This document shows positions 63,601 through 64,000 of a DNA stretch of 64,000 nt, in pieces. Origin of the DNA: Cyanophora paradoxa CCMP329 (Eukaryota; Plantae; Glaucophyta); the NCBI GenBank assembly GCA_004431415.1, contig QPMI01000259.1, positions 1 to 64,000 of the forward strand, written 5' to 3'. The notes under the pieces were generated by a model. The model did no database searches. It worked only from the letters and a program-made list of their open reading frames with translations, and was not told the origin of the DNA. The first letter of the stretch is position 1. The number at the start of each line of letters is the position of its first letter. The position numbers and the translations under genes are program-made.

Positions 63601-64000
63601 CCTGCGCCAGGGGGGGGGAGGCGGGGAGAGGTGAGGGGCGCACGGGCACCGGCAGCGCCCTGCGAGGGCCCCGCGCACTCGTCTCCAGCTTGAAGCGGTC
63701 GATCTGGAAGCCCTCAAACATGTCGCTTTTCGCACGCCCACTCATCTCCTTGTCCAGCACGAGGCGCGGCGTTCGACCCAGCGTGCCCAAAAGCGCAATA
63801 CTCACGTTCGCATCCGTCCCTAAAGGAAGAATTATAGGAAGAAGCAAGCGTCAGCAAGCGTCCGTCAGAAGACGCTAAGTTGATTATATAATTCTAGACC
63901 TCAAACCTCGAGGCCAGAGTCGTACCTGCACCTTGGACGTCGCCTGTGAACACGCTGACGTTGTAGCTTCTGCGCGGGGGTTCCGCCGCACGTGCACATG
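60683..64000 (-). CDS. PLAT/LH2 + C2 + MCTP-type transmembrane (PRT_C-like) protein, 5'-truncated by the window
   Basis: PLAT: YNVSVFTGDVQGAGTDANVSIALLG...HDNSGLGPGWFLDYVEV...FPCARWL. C2: LRVTVVEAEQLEALDLLGTSDPYC...TLNPVWN...WDWDKIGGHDL. Then LQWRNK, a hydrophobic hairpin, a second hydrophobic segment and PPANFLGRVP. Confidence 0.85.

Noticed and set aside
49000-63900. Many long overlapping R/P/G/A-rich ORFs
   Set aside because: Stop codons are scarce at very high GC; the real coding signal is the spliced frames described above.

Overview
Left end of a linear eukaryotic chromosome. About 7.26 kb of (CCCTAA)n telomere is followed almost at once by a compact, intron-dense gene region: introns are mostly ~45-90 nt with CTGAC/CTCAC/CTAAC-type branch points, and many use GC-AG donors. 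I assembled the gene models by hand from splice signals and recognisable protein motifs. In order: PPR protein, ARL1, ZCCHC9-like zinc knuckle, long coiled-coil protein with a 39-aa tandem repeat, conserved SR/K-rich protein, coiled-coil + six-C2 protein, small Pro-rich protein, helical-repeat RAP protein with a C2HC finger, RPL24 head-to-head with its paralogue RLP24, GSK3, a partially duplicated beta/gamma-crystallin-like coiled-coil gene, an unknown Val/Pro/Glu-rich protein, an apparent Vps53-N/PATROL1(Munc13-like) fusion, a bacterial-type RmlC with introns, and a PLAT-C2-MCTP-like gene cut by the window edge. Most genes form head-to-head pairs with ~150-320 bp between start codons. The longer spacers, mostly tail-to-tail, hold a family of nested dispersed repeats. 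GC content rises sharply after ~43 kb. The organism is probably an alga or protist; a glaucophyte-like archaeplastid is a guess from the TTAGGG telomere, an AFL transit-like N-terminus and the PATROL1-type domain. The most notable candidates are the Vps53-Munc13 chimera, the RPL24/RLP24 bidirectional pair, the high GC-AG intron frequency, a telomere-repeat-filled intron and intron shifts between C2 repeats. All family assignments come from recalled motifs, not database searches.
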